In this document: piece by piece, positions 11,004 to 20,427 of the stretch
Numbering within the stretch: the stretch's first letter is position 1
Layout of the letters: every line of letters begins with the position of its first letter
DNA from: an uncultured Poribacteria bacterium
Lineage (GTDB): Bacteria; Poribacteria; WGA-4E; WGA-3G
DNA: 64,000 bases
Assembly: GCA_951813565.1 (NCBI GenBank)
Contig: OX638351.1
Coordinates: 832,001-896,000 of the forward strand
Reading direction: 5' to 3'
The notes under the pieces: model-generated
What the model saw: only the letters and a program-made list of their open reading frames with translations
Told to the model about the DNA's origin: nothing
Database searches by the model: none
Position numbers and translations under genes: made by a program

Positions 11004-11005
11004 CC

Positions 11006-11266
11006 ATGTCCACTACTATTGAAGGCGTATATCACAACGGGAAAATTGAACTATCAGAAACGCCCAAAGATGCATGCGAAGGCACACGCGCTGTCGTAAC
11101 TTTCCTACCACCAGGTGCTGTAGATTTAAGAGAGCATGGTATTGACAAAGTCCGAGCAGCGGAGTTGCGTGCTCGCTTGGCGTGTTTTGCCGAAGATTGG
11201 GAAAGCCCTGAAATGGATATCTATGACAACTATGATGAGGAGAAAGCCAAGTTACAAACGCGGTAG
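11006..11266 (+). CDS. Small antitoxin-like protein (DUF104-like N-terminus, DW...EMD.YD tail)
   Basis: TIEGVYHNGKIEL...FAEDWESPEMDIYD; AGGAG RBS. Confidence 0.65.
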   Translation: MSTTIEGVYHNGKIELSETPKDACEGTRAVVTFLPPGAVDLREHGIDKVRAAELRARLACFAEDWESPEMDIYDNYDEEKAKLQTR

Positions 11267-11318
11267 TGAGTGGAAAATTTGTTACAAACAAGACTTGGTT
11301 GTTAATATCGGAGAATCA

Positions 11319-12158
11319 ATGAACCTTCAAAAAACAGTACCACTTTCAGCTGTTTACCCAAGACAAAGTGGTGAGAGGGATTTCTCAGCAGATCTTGCTA
11401 AGAATCTCAAGGAGCTGAACGTTGGGAAGTTTGAAGATGCAGAGACGGAAGCCAACGTTGGAACGCGCAGAGCAGATATCGTCGCTACCGGTGAAGATGG
11501 TACACTCGTAGTTGAAAACCAATTTAACAAAGCAAATTGGGATCACTGGGGTAGACTTGAGGCTTATGCGCGTCTGAAGAAAGCTGGTGTGGCAGTGTTA
11601 GTGGCTGAAGACTTTGAGGAATTGATGATCGTTACATGCAATCTACGCAATGAAGATAATAAAGTCAACTGGTATCTGATTCAAGCTCAAGCAAATTCAC
11701 ACGATGAATTATCCTTTCACCACGTTGCGCGACCTGCAATAGATATCCAGACCGAAAGGAAAATTGATACTGAATATAGTGAATTTTGGACACCAATTCT
11801 TCAAGGTGAATTCGGAAAACTATTCGTAGGAAAATCAACTTCTCTACGTGACGATGGTTGGATGGAGGGTGAGACAATTGGGGATGTAGAAATGTGGTTC
11901 AAACTTATTAACCGGGAATGTTATATTCAATTATATTTTCGGGGAGAAAATCCTTCGGAGCTTAGGGACAAAGTAATCGAATTATTTCCAAAATCAGATT
12001 ACGATTATGAATATACAGACACATCCACGAAAATAAGAGTTAAATTTCCCGTCCTTGACAAAGGCAAAAATGACCGAGATGATTGGGATGAAATCCGAGA
12101 AAAATTAGTCACCATGGGCACCGACATCTACAATAAAATTAGCGAGTCTGGCTTATAG
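11319..12158 (+). CDS. DUF4268-like protein with N-terminal PD-(D/E)xK-like domain
   Basis: E.DFS..L, ADIVA...VVENQ...DHWGRL..Y and Y.EFW motifs; GGAG RBS before ATG 11319. Confidence 0.7.
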   Translation: MNLQKTVPLSAVYPRQSGERDFSADLAKNLKELNVGKFEDAETEANVGTRRADIVATGEDGTLVVENQFNKANWDHWGRLEAYARLKKAGVAVLVAEDFEELMIVTCNLRNEDNKVNWYLIQAQANSHDELSFHHVARPAIDIQTERKIDTEYSEFWTPILQGEFGKLFVGKSTSLRDDGWMEGETIGDVEMWFKLINRECYIQLYFRGENPSELRDKVIELFPKSDYDYEYTDTSTKIRVKFPVLDKGKNDRDDWDEIREKLVTMGTDIYNKISESGL

Positions 12159-12182
12159 TTCGTATTAGAGAGGTGAATCAAA

Positions 12183-12359
12183 ATGAAAAATCAAACTTTT
12201 ACGGCAAGTATATGGCAAGAAGACAATTGGTTTATTGCCCAATGTTTAGAGGTTGACATTGCAAGTCAAGGAGAAAGCGAAGAGGAAGCTTTAGTTAATC
12301 TGACAGAAGCATTGGAACTTTACTTTGAGCCTCCTCAACCAAGTATGAAACCGATGTAA
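12183..12359 (+). CDS. hicB: HicB-family antitoxin (short, possibly truncated)
   Basis: Own translation MKNQTFTASIWQEDNWFIAQCLEVDIASQGESEEEALVNLTEALELYFE; GAGGTG RBS; no hicA. Confidence 0.8.
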   Translation: MKNQTFTASIWQEDNWFIAQCLEVDIASQGESEEEALVNLTEALELYFEPPQPSMKPM

Positions 12360-12361
12360 AG

Positions 12362-12499
12362 TGGTTCAAAAAATGGGATGCCAAAGAGGTATGTGTTGGT
12401 CAAAAAGGCGGAAGTGAAGGTTTTTACATCAAATTAGGAGCAAGATATAACGAACACGGATGGTTCGTGTGGGACAATTTTCTTGAACTTCTCAACTGA
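12362..12499 (+). pseudogene. C-terminal fragment of a GNAT-like acetyltransferase
   Basis: Startless frame WFKKWDAKEVCVGQKGGSEGFYIKLGARYNEHGWFVWDNF*, resembling the GNAT FY.KLG motif. Confidence 0.45.
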
Positions 12500-12639
12500 T
12501 AAAAAAGGTTAAGTAACAGTATTTAATAATCTATATATTTCTTGATATTTACGGGCATAATACTATGCTTGTCTTTTGACATGATTGTGTCTGTATCTCA
12601 GTTTTCTATCTGTAGTTTTTGACATGTGTCACGTATCAT

Positions 12640-12935
12640 AACACTTTGGCTGCAAGAGTGCCTTTAGAGATGATAGACGGATTCTCGGTGGATACTTGGA
12701 TATGTCTCAAGCAAGCCGAAAAGCGTTGATAAAAAATGACAGGCGGAAAGCATAAAAAACCTGTCTGGTAGCGTGTCGTCGCAGCGCATAACAAACCAAG
12801 CAGACAATTGCATAAAGAGAAAATAGGCGCGTGTCTATTGTAGACACGCTTTGGTAGATAGACCCTGGGTATCCTCGGATACCTTGCAAAACGTGTATTT
12901 CCCGCGATATCCAATGTATTACACGGAAATATATA
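12640..12935 (+). ncRNA. Candidate structured ncRNA or leader, family unknown
   Basis: Series of hairpins (GACAGG..CCTGTC, GCGTGTCTA-TTG-TAGACACGC, GGTATCC-TC-GGATACC, TATTTCC..GGAAATA) with A-rich linkers in non-coding DNA. Confidence 0.35.
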
Positions 12936-12958
12936 GTTTAAAACTATCGGAACTTAAA

Positions 12959-13960
12959 ATGGACAAAAATTATAAGGTTGCAATCATCGGTTGCGGTGGC
13001 ATTTCTCACATGCACGCCGGTTGGTATGTGAACGAACCAAGGGCGACTATAACCGCAATTGCCGATCTCGACGAAGAACGTCTAAAAGCTTATGCCGAAA
13101 GATATGAGGTCAAAAAACCTTACACCGATTACATCGAAATGCTTGAGACAGAAGAAATTGATCTGGTTTCAGTCTGTACGCGCCCGAAACTACATGCGCC
13201 ACTCGTCATTGAAACTGCAAAACACGGTGTCAAAGGCATTCTGTCTGAAAAACCGATGGCAGAAAACCTCGGACAAGGAAAGGCGATGCTTGAGTCGTGT
13301 TCTGAACACGGCGTGAAGTTGGCAATTGACCATCAAGTGCGGTTTAGCGCACCGTATCAGCACGCACAACAGATGATTGCCGAAGGTGCTATTGGTGACA
13401 TTTTCCGCATTCACGGCATCTGTGGCGGTGGTGACCTGAAGGATAATGCTACGCATACCGTTGACCTTATGCTGTATGTCTACGGGGACCGTCCTGTCAG
13501 TTGGGTAATAGGTCAGATTGAACGTATCGGTACACCGACTAAATACGATCTGCACTCCGAGGATTTCGCGATCGGTTACTTCAAGTTTGAAGACAATGTG
13601 CGAGGCATCATAGAATCGGGGAACGATACCGCACCGGGTTATCATCACATCTACTGCTACGGCACAGAAGGCGAAATTGAACTCGCTGCCCCAGGCGGAC
13701 CGGGTATCCGTTATCGCAATCAAGAGACTGGTGGCGAATGGGCGACACCAGAACTAACTCCCGAAATTACCCCTGTGCGTGACCTAATTAACGCCATTGA
13801 AGAGGACAGAGAACATCGCTCAAGTGGACATTGTGGATATGCTACGCTTGAACTGCTCATGGCAATTTATGAATCATCTCGGAAACGACAGCGAGTACAA
13901 CTACCAATGGAAGAGATGGAATCGCCATTAACATTGATGATTGAGGATGGATGGGTATAA
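12959..13960 (+). CDS. Gfo/Idh/MocA family oxidoreductase
   Basis: IIGCGGIS, EKP and D.ATH.VD motifs. Confidence 0.92.
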   Translation: MDKNYKVAIIGCGGISHMHAGWYVNEPRATITAIADLDEERLKAYAERYEVKKPYTDYIEMLETEEIDLVSVCTRPKLHAPLVIETAKHGVKGILSEKPMAENLGQGKAMLESCSEHGVKLAIDHQVRFSAPYQHAQQMIAEGAIGDIFRIHGICGGGDLKDNATHTVDLMLYVYGDRPVSWVIGQIERIGTPTKYDLHSEDFAIGYFKFEDNVRGIIESGNDTAPGYHHIYCYGTEGEIELAAPGGPGIRYRNQETGGEWATPELTPEITPVRDLINAIEEDREHRSSGHCGYATLELLMAIYESSRKRQRVQLPMEEMESPLTLMIEDGWV

Positions 13961-14001
13961 GTCAAACTGATAACTTTAAAGTAAGCCATAGGAGAAAATA
14001 G

Positions 14002-14631
14002 ATGGACATTGATTTCCGCATATTTTCAATTATGTTTGGATTTTTGGCAGCCTTTTTTTTGATAATCGGATTGCGAGGAATTCTGACGAGAAAACCATTC
14101 TTGCTATCAAATAGATGGCTGCTTGTACTCATGTTTGTAACGTTTATACCAATCATTTTACTGCCTTTCTATTTTGCGTTACCTGACATGGATATCACAA
14201 AAATGGATTTGATGGAATGGTTAAATCCTGCGATATTTACAGTAATTCTTGTAATGATGTGTTTCGCATTGAAGGGCTATGTAGCTTATGGCGTTACCGA
14301 TACGTCTTTCCGTGAAGCACTCCTTGCAGCTCTCGAAAAACTTCAGTTGCCTTATGAAGAAACCTTATCTACCATGCGATTAACATCTATTGATGCCGAC
14401 CTACAAGTTTCTATTCAGTCTTGGTTGGGATCAGGCATGATCAAGATTAAGCAGCGCGAACACCGTACACTGCTTACAGAAATAGTTGCTGAAATGAACA
14501 GGTATTTTAGCGGGTCATCCACACCAATAAAACTCACCACTTGTATTTTCTATGTGGTTATGGGAGGACTAACGGTCATTGGAGGTATTGGGATGGTGTT
14601 TTTCTTCCAAAAAATCCTTATGAAGATATAA
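14002..14631 (+). CDS. Hypothetical membrane protein
   Basis: About 4 hydrophobic segments; AGGAG RBS. Confidence 0.75.
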   Translation: MDIDFRIFSIMFGFLAAFFLIIGLRGILTRKPFLLSNRWLLVLMFVTFIPIILLPFYFALPDMDITKMDLMEWLNPAIFTVILVMMCFALKGYVAYGVTDTSFREALLAALEKLQLPYEETLSTMRLTSIDADLQVSIQSWLGSGMIKIKQREHRTLLTEIVAEMNRYFSGSSTPIKLTTCIFYVVMGGLTVIGGIGMVFFFQKILMKI

Positions 14632-14694
14632 ATCTATTAAAAACGCTAAAAGCAAGGAAAAGTATTCCTATTTCAGACACTCAGGACATAACAG

Positions 14695-16548
14695 ATGATT
14701 TTTGAAAGTTCAAACGCAAAAAATCAATCAGTCCTAATAAAAATCATCCTATTGTGTATACTGATTACCTCCTTTGTTTTGGTGTTGCGAAACCTTGGGC
14801 ACAGCAAGATTCACTATTGGGACGAAGGTTTCCACGCTATGGTCGCGCGGAATTTAACGAAACATCCGTTAAAGTTCACGTTATACGATCAACCTTGGCT
14901 GGAATATAATTATAAAAGTTGGGGAGAGAACCATATATGGCTACATAAACCGCCTGTCGCCATGTGGAAAATCTGTCTCTCACACTTTATTTTTGGCATC
15001 AACGCTTTTGCACTTAGGTTACCATCTGCTATCAGTCTTGCTGTATCAGCATGGTTGACATATAGAATCGCTTCCGATCTTTTTGATAAACGTGCAGGTC
15101 TCATCGCAGCGTTCCTTCAGGCGTTCAATCCGTTTCTCTTTGAATCTGTTCACGGTTATCGTTTTTCGGATCACATTGACATCGCGCTATTACTCTGGGT
15201 TCAAGTTTCATGTTGGTTTTTACTTCGGGCGATACGAACCGGAAAAAGGAGAAATTATATCTTATCAGGGATAGCGATGGGTATCGCCTATCTCTCAAAA
15301 AGTTATCTGGCACTTATCACTTTTGGGATTGCGTTGGTTGTCTGGTTTGTTGCGTGGTACAAACGCAGAAGCCAAACTCATGATGCATCTACTGATGAAC
15401 CTGCAACGGTTGAAGTACAAGAATCGGATTATCCTATATCAGGTGAAGAAGACGCGCGAATCCGACTCAGTGATGTCGGATTACAACTTCTGGCTGGAAT
15501 CCTAACTGTTGTTCCGTGGGCAACCTATTGCTTGATAAAATATCCTCAAGAATTTATATGGGAACATAAACGTGTAATTGACCACCTTAATACGAATGTT
15601 GAAAATTGGGCTGCATCGTGGGACCGTCCACTGTTTGAATATATGCCGTTGTTCTATCCGTTTTTCTATGCAGCGCTCTTTGCGGTTGTGTTGTGTTTGC
15701 TGGTGATGATGTTCAAACGTTGGCGATTACCGGAACTATTTGTATTAGCGTGGGCTATCGGTGTAATTGTTCCGCACACACTCGCACAAACTAAAACACC
15801 ATCGGCGACGATGATTGCTGTGCCACCCTTACTAATTTGCCTTGCAGCGGTCATTAGCAGGGCATGGCAACGAAAGGATTGGCTTTACACGGCAATTTGG
15901 AGCGCATCAATGTTGTCTCTTATTGGCATCATTGCAATAGCAACTCAAACTAAAGGAAATGTCCAAATTCGAAATATGATTCCGATTGATGGCATAAGAA
16001 GTTTCGCTCCCTTCATCCATAAACATTTTTGGATTATTGAGCAACTTTTCGGATTTGGTGTACTGCTTGCATTTTTCGTTGGCATTTATTTGATAAGCAA
16101 AAGAGAGTGGCAAAGATGGATATGGCTTGGAGTCCGCATAGTGGCACTTGTAATTGCTGTTTTTTACGCGGGACGTTATGTCCATGCAGCATACAGGGTC
16201 ACTGAGCGAAATGCACAGATTCCGCTGTATGTAGAAAGCGGAAAACGTATCCAACGAGAATTACCTGAAAATGTCTGCTTTTTCCTTGACGATGAGCGTA
16301 CCGGCGCACACTTTGATCTTATGTATTACGCTGACCGGTCAACCTATCAGATTAATAACGTTCACATGAAGGCACCTCGCAATGTTGCACGACAAGCAAG
16401 AGAAGCACGTGCAGCTGGCGCAATTCCGTATCTTTTTTCTCTTAAGCAGACAAAGTACAGTTATCCGCTGCTTATTGAAGACGAGATAGATGTCGGAAAT
16501 GGAAAAAAACAGCGGTATCGCATTTATGAAATCACAGAAACACAGTGA
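14695..16548 (+). CDS. GT-C (ArnT/PMT-like, GT39/83) glycosyltransferase
   Basis: WDE..H, KPP, RLPSA motifs; many TM helices. Confidence 0.88.
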   Translation: MIFESSNAKNQSVLIKIILLCILITSFVLVLRNLGHSKIHYWDEGFHAMVARNLTKHPLKFTLYDQPWLEYNYKSWGENHIWLHKPPVAMWKICLSHFIFGINAFALRLPSAISLAVSAWLTYRIASDLFDKRAGLIAAFLQAFNPFLFESVHGYRFSDHIDIALLLWVQVSCWFLLRAIRTGKRRNYILSGIAMGIAYLSKSYLALITFGIALVVWFVAWYKRRSQTHDASTDEPATVEVQESDYPISGEEDARIRLSDVGLQLLAGILTVVPWATYCLIKYPQEFIWEHKRVIDHLNTNVENWAASWDRPLFEYMPLFYPFFYAALFAVVLCLLVMMFKRWRLPELFVLAWAIGVIVPHTLAQTKTPSATMIAVPPLLICLAAVISRAWQRKDWLYTAIWSASMLSLIGIIAIATQTKGNVQIRNMIPIDGIRSFAPFIHKHFWIIEQLFGFGVLLAFFVGIYLISKREWQRWIWLGVRIVALVIAVFYAGRYVHAAYRVTERNAQIPLYVESGKRIQRELPENVCFFLDDERTGAHFDLMYYADRSTYQINNVHMKAPRNVARQAREARAAGAIPYLFSLKQTKYSYPLLIEDEIDVGNGKKQRYRIYEITETQ

Positions 16549-16592
16549 CTAAATTTACTGAAGGGTAAACCCCTTAGTATGGTATAATATGC

Positions 16593-16953
16593 ATGAGAAT
16601 AATATCGCACCGCACTTTGAGGAATTTTGGGCGAAGCATTCTGATGCTGAACGTGCTCTTCAAGCATGGTATGCTAACCTAAGTTGCTACGGACAAGATT
16701 TCAAGCTTGCAGACATTGCTTTTTACTGAAAAACAAGGATTTCCAGCTAATTCTTATGCTTTCTTTTCTAAATCGGGGTTAGAAACCCCTCCTACAAGAG
16801 CATTCGCGATATAGGTAGCAACTTGGGTTATTTAACATTAAGGGCAATGTTTATCGGTTGGTAGTAGCGATAAATTATCAGTACGGTATTATTTACATTC
16901 GATTTATTGGGACGCACCAAGAATACGATAGAATCAATGCCGCTACGGTGTAA
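16593..16953 (+). pseudogene. higB: HigB-family toxin disrupted by frameshift and MITE
   Basis: MRIISHRTL / EFWAKHSDAERALQAWY, then MITE, then FNIKGNVYRLVVAINYQYGIIYIRFIGTHQEYDRINA. Confidence 0.88.
16675..16830. mobile_element. 156-bp MITE, copy 1
   Basis: Terminal IRs TAACCTAAGTTGCTAC / GTAGCAACTTGGGTTA; near-identical copy at 23936-24091. Confidence 0.9.
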
Positions 16954-16963
16954 GGTGATAATT

Positions 16964-17338
16964 ATGAAAGTTAAACCAATCAAAACTGAAGCAGATTATA
17001 ACGCTGCACTAAAAAATATAGAACAACTCTGGGACGCAAGTTACGGTTCACCAGAAGGTGATAAGTTAGATGTTCTTGTGACACTGGTGGATGTTTACGA
17101 AAATGAACATTATCCTATTCAACCCCCAGACCCTATTGATGCAATTCTTCACTATATGGAGAGTCATGGACTCACCGAACATGATCTTGAACCTTATATC
17201 GGTTCATGTTTCTGCGTATCAGAAATTTTAAATCGACAACGTACCTTATCTCTGGAGATGATTCGGAAATTACACAAAGGTCTTGGAATTTCGGCGGATA
17301 TTTTGATTCAACCTTATGCGTTACAAACCGCGTCATGA
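16964..17338 (+). CDS. higA: HigA-family antitoxin (HTH)
   Basis: IKTEADY..AL, LVTLV..YE.EHYPI, SEILN..R.LSL.MIRKL. Confidence 0.9.
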   Translation: MKVKPIKTEADYNAALKNIEQLWDASYGSPEGDKLDVLVTLVDVYENEHYPIQPPDPIDAILHYMESHGLTEHDLEPYIGSCFCVSEILNRQRTLSLEMIRKLHKGLGISADILIQPYALQTAS

Positions 17339-17401
17339 ATTCCAAATGCATTTTCAGTGGAAACGATTTTTATCAACCCGAAATATAGAGGTAAAAGAAA
17401 T

Positions 17402-20401
17402 ATGAAATTTTTGCGATATAGTCTTTTATTTACGATCTTAGCATTCACTGCGCTATCAGTAAATGCAGGTGTAGAGTGGAAAGCACTTGATGTCGGAAAT
17501 CTATCGTCCGCTATATTCAACACTGCAGTCGTCGGCTATCCCAGCAATCCGACACAAAATCCTTCAGGATGGTGGCCCGCAGGAACAAACGATTCCTACA
17601 TATATGAAGGGGACATCTGGATCGGCGCGAAAAAGAATGGCGAAGTCGGCGTTGCTGAGGCAGACGGTAGACAGAGCGAAATTTGGCCAGTTCCAATTGA
17701 AGATCCAGATACTGGTGCTTCAGTTGATATTCTTTCCAAAAAACCCGGTGTAACAACAAAAGGAACACCGACAAACCAATTGATTAGATTCAAATGTTCC
17801 GACACCAACCCAGAAGTTAATAAAGGGTTGATCCTCGGTTTAGAAATTGAAGTCAACGGATTCCAGTGGAGTTATGCTCCACTCTACGACTTCTTTATTC
17901 TTGAGTATAACGTCAAAAATGTTGGGGAAGACACGCTCGAAGATGTGTTTATGGCGTTTCGGTATGACGTGGATATTTCCAGTAACGAAACAGGGACAGC
18001 AAGTTACTCAGCAGATGACTTTGTCGCTTTAGACCAAACGCCGGACGGTCTAAATCCAGATGATCATCCGAACCGTTACCTCTCTTACGGGTTTTCCAAT
18101 GCGTCTGCACCAGGATACATCGGTTTACGCGTATTGGATGCATATATGGGCGATGACGCAGCGGATGATGCGGCTAAAATCCCTTTTACCGCGCACAAAC
18201 GAATTACCATAGACACAGACCCAACAATTGATGCAGAGATGTACGCGCTCATCAGCACCCCTGGCGTTGAACCGCTTCCAGCAAACTATGACGATCAACG
18301 TTTTATCCAATCCTACGGTCCAATTGAATCGCTTGCCCCTGGCGAGACATTCAACGTCATCATCGCAGTGGCTATCGGTGAAGGGCTTGCGGGTCTGCAA
18401 GCGGCATCGGATTGGGCACAGAAATTGTATGATGATGAATATGTGGCACCAGCACCGCCCCCTTCACCACTCGTAACGGCCTATCCCGCAGATGGACAAG
18501 TGTCGCTTATCTGGGAAAGTGCTGGACGATGGGTTGATAACGGTGTTGATAAAGGCATTGAAGAGTATGTTGACGTAACCGACCCAGAGAAAATCTTTGA
18601 AGGCTACAGAGTTTATAGACGGGATACCGCTTACGATGAAAATACCGGCAATCCTGTTGAAGATTGGGAATTGTTGATGGAATTCGACCAACCGAGTTCA
18701 ACCGGCAATTTCTTCACGGTCTCGCATGTCGGTAAGCAGTCGGACGCGACAATTGAAAGCATGGGGGATGAACCTTTCTTCGCTGATTTCTTCAAGAGTG
18801 CTACCTACGCTATCAAATTCAATTCCAGCACAAGTTTTGAGGTGATAAACACAACACTATGGGAAGTTATGGAATATAATGCCGAATTCCCAGCAGATGG
18901 CGGCGGGTATGTTGTAGTCAAAGATCCGGATTCAGGTGAGCCGCATCCTGACGGAACATACCGGTCTGGCGCGCAGATATATTTTGGCGGACTCTATGTA
19001 AAAATCACCGATGGTCCCTCTGGTCCGCCAGTGGCAGGTGATATTTTCCGCGTTGTTTCCACACCATCACAGGCGCTCGGTGAAGACGTAGGTATCAAGA
19101 ATTTCTTTACTGATACAGGATTGACAAACGGTCTCCAATATACCTACGCGGTTACCTCTTACGATACAGGTAATCCCAAAAAAGGATTGCCAGCGATGGA
19201 AAGTAGTCAAATCGAGACAATGGTTCATGTTGTGCCACGCGCGCAACCTGCGGGGTATAGAGCACCTACTGTTGATGTGGAAGGACAAGAAAAGTTAGCC
19301 GTCACCGTTGAACCAATGGTGCTTGAACCGAAGAAAGTTACGGGACATGAATATAAGATTGTTTGGTATGGTGCTAAACAAACTGATGCCGGTGCATATA
19401 TCACAGGTCCAGGATACCAACCCCCCGCTTATGAGATTGTTGACACTGTAACAAATCAAACCGTAGTGGACAAGCAAACTTTCGACTGGTATGATGCCAA
19501 CCACTTTGAAGCTTTTGAGGCGCGTTCCCCGATGTTTGATGGGATTATCTTGAAACTGACAGGGCGTGACGTAACTTACGGAAGTCCAGACGAAAACCCA
19601 GTTAATGACGTTAAACTGACAGCAGGCACAGTCACAGATTGGTCAGTAAACATCGAATCTCCAGGCGCTGGCGAAAACACGTGGCCCAATATCTTTTGGG
19701 CAACCTATTATCGTCCCCATACCTATTCTATTACGTTTACTGACGATACACACGTCAAGGTGGTAGATGAAGATACGGGTGAAGAAATTCAATTCAATGA
19801 CCAACGTGCAGATGGGTATGCGATCCTAACCGCTGCAGGTTGGAGCGATGAATATAAACCTGGAGATACAGAAGGTTATTTCCGCATTTTCATACGCGGT
19901 GCCTACGTCTATATTTTTGACCCTAACGGCGAAATTTCCGCTGGTGATGTATTCACTGTTGAAATGGGGGGTGTTGCAGCACCACAAGACGGAGACGAAC
20001 TGTTGTTGAAAACACAAGGTGAGTCGCTTGCTGCTGAAGACATCGAAGCCGATCTTGGAAAAATCCGCGTCGTGCCAAACCCATACTTTGTCACGAACAG
20101 AGCGGTAACTTCTGAAGGAACAGATAAGGTTTTTTTCACACATCTGCCACCACGATGCACAATACGTATCTATACGTTGGTGGGAGAATTAGTGCGGGAA
20201 ATCAAACACGAAAGTGACGCTCCTTTTAACCCAGATGAACGTTTAGCACAGGGTGATAAGGGTGGCACGGCAGAGTTTGATCTGCTCAACCGCTATAATC
20301 AGGCACTGGCAAGTGGTGTTTATATCTTCCATGTTGAAGCACAGGACGAAAGCAACAATGTCATCGGAAATAAAATCGGACGGTTTGCCATCATACGATA
20401 A
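17402..20401 (+). CDS. Large secreted protein with FN3-like segments and VVPNPY-type C-terminal domain
   Basis: Signal peptide; FEGYRVYR, YTYAVTSYD, IRVVPNPY...IRIYT..GELV...ASGVY.FHV...GRFAIIR. Confidence 0.82.
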   Translation: MKFLRYSLLFTILAFTALSVNAGVEWKALDVGNLSSAIFNTAVVGYPSNPTQNPSGWWPAGTNDSYIYEGDIWIGAKKNGEVGVAEADGRQSEIWPVPIEDPDTGASVDILSKKPGVTTKGTPTNQLIRFKCSDTNPEVNKGLILGLEIEVNGFQWSYAPLYDFFILEYNVKNVGEDTLEDVFMAFRYDVDISSNETGTASYSADDFVALDQTPDGLNPDDHPNRYLSYGFSNASAPGYIGLRVLDAYMGDDAADDAAKIPFTAHKRITIDTDPTIDAEMYALISTPGVEPLPANYDDQRFIQSYGPIESLAPGETFNVIIAVAIGEGLAGLQAASDWAQKLYDDEYVAPAPPPSPLVTAYPADGQVSLIWESAGRWVDNGVDKGIEEYVDVTDPEKIFEGYRVYRRDTAYDENTGNPVEDWELLMEFDQPSSTGNFFTVSHVGKQSDATIESMGDEPFFADFFKSATYAIKFNSSTSFEVINTTLWEVMEYNAEFPADGGGYVVVKDPDSGEPHPDGTYRSGAQIYFGGLYVKITDGPSGPPVAGDIFRVVSTPSQALGEDVGIKNFFTDTGLTNGLQYTYAVTSYDTGNPKKGLPAMESSQIETMVHVVPRAQPAGYRAPTVDVEGQEKLAVTVEPMVLEPKKVTGHEYKIVWYGAKQTDAGAYITGPGYQPPAYEIVDTVTNQTVVDKQTFDWYDANHFEAFEARSPMFDGIILKLTGRDVTYGSPDENPVNDVKLTAGTVTDWSVNIESPGAGENTWPNIFWATYYRPHTYSITFTDDTHVKVVDEDTGEEIQFNDQRADGYAILTAAGWSDEYKPGDTEGYFRIFIRGAYVYIFDPNGEISAGDVFTVEMGGVAAPQDGDELLLKTQGESLAAEDIEADLGKIRVVPNPYFVTNRAVTSEGTDKVFFTHLPPRCTIRIYTLVGELVREIKHESDAPFNPDERLAQGDKGGTAEFDLLNRYNQALASGVYIFHVEAQDESNNVIGNKIGRFAIIR

Positions 20402-20427
20402 AGGTACCCACGCTTTAGGAGAAACAC

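Noticed and set aside
11136..11318. N-terminal extension of the DUF4268-like ORF
   Set aside because: Overlaps the upstream gene; the RBS and family-like start fit ATG 11319 better.
12636..12914. 92-aa and 60-aa minus-strand ORFs
   Set aside because: No RBS or recognisable motifs; the region looks like structured non-coding sequence.
10238..17400. Integron cassette array
   Set aside because: Genes are co-directional, but I found no attC-like sites and no integrase.
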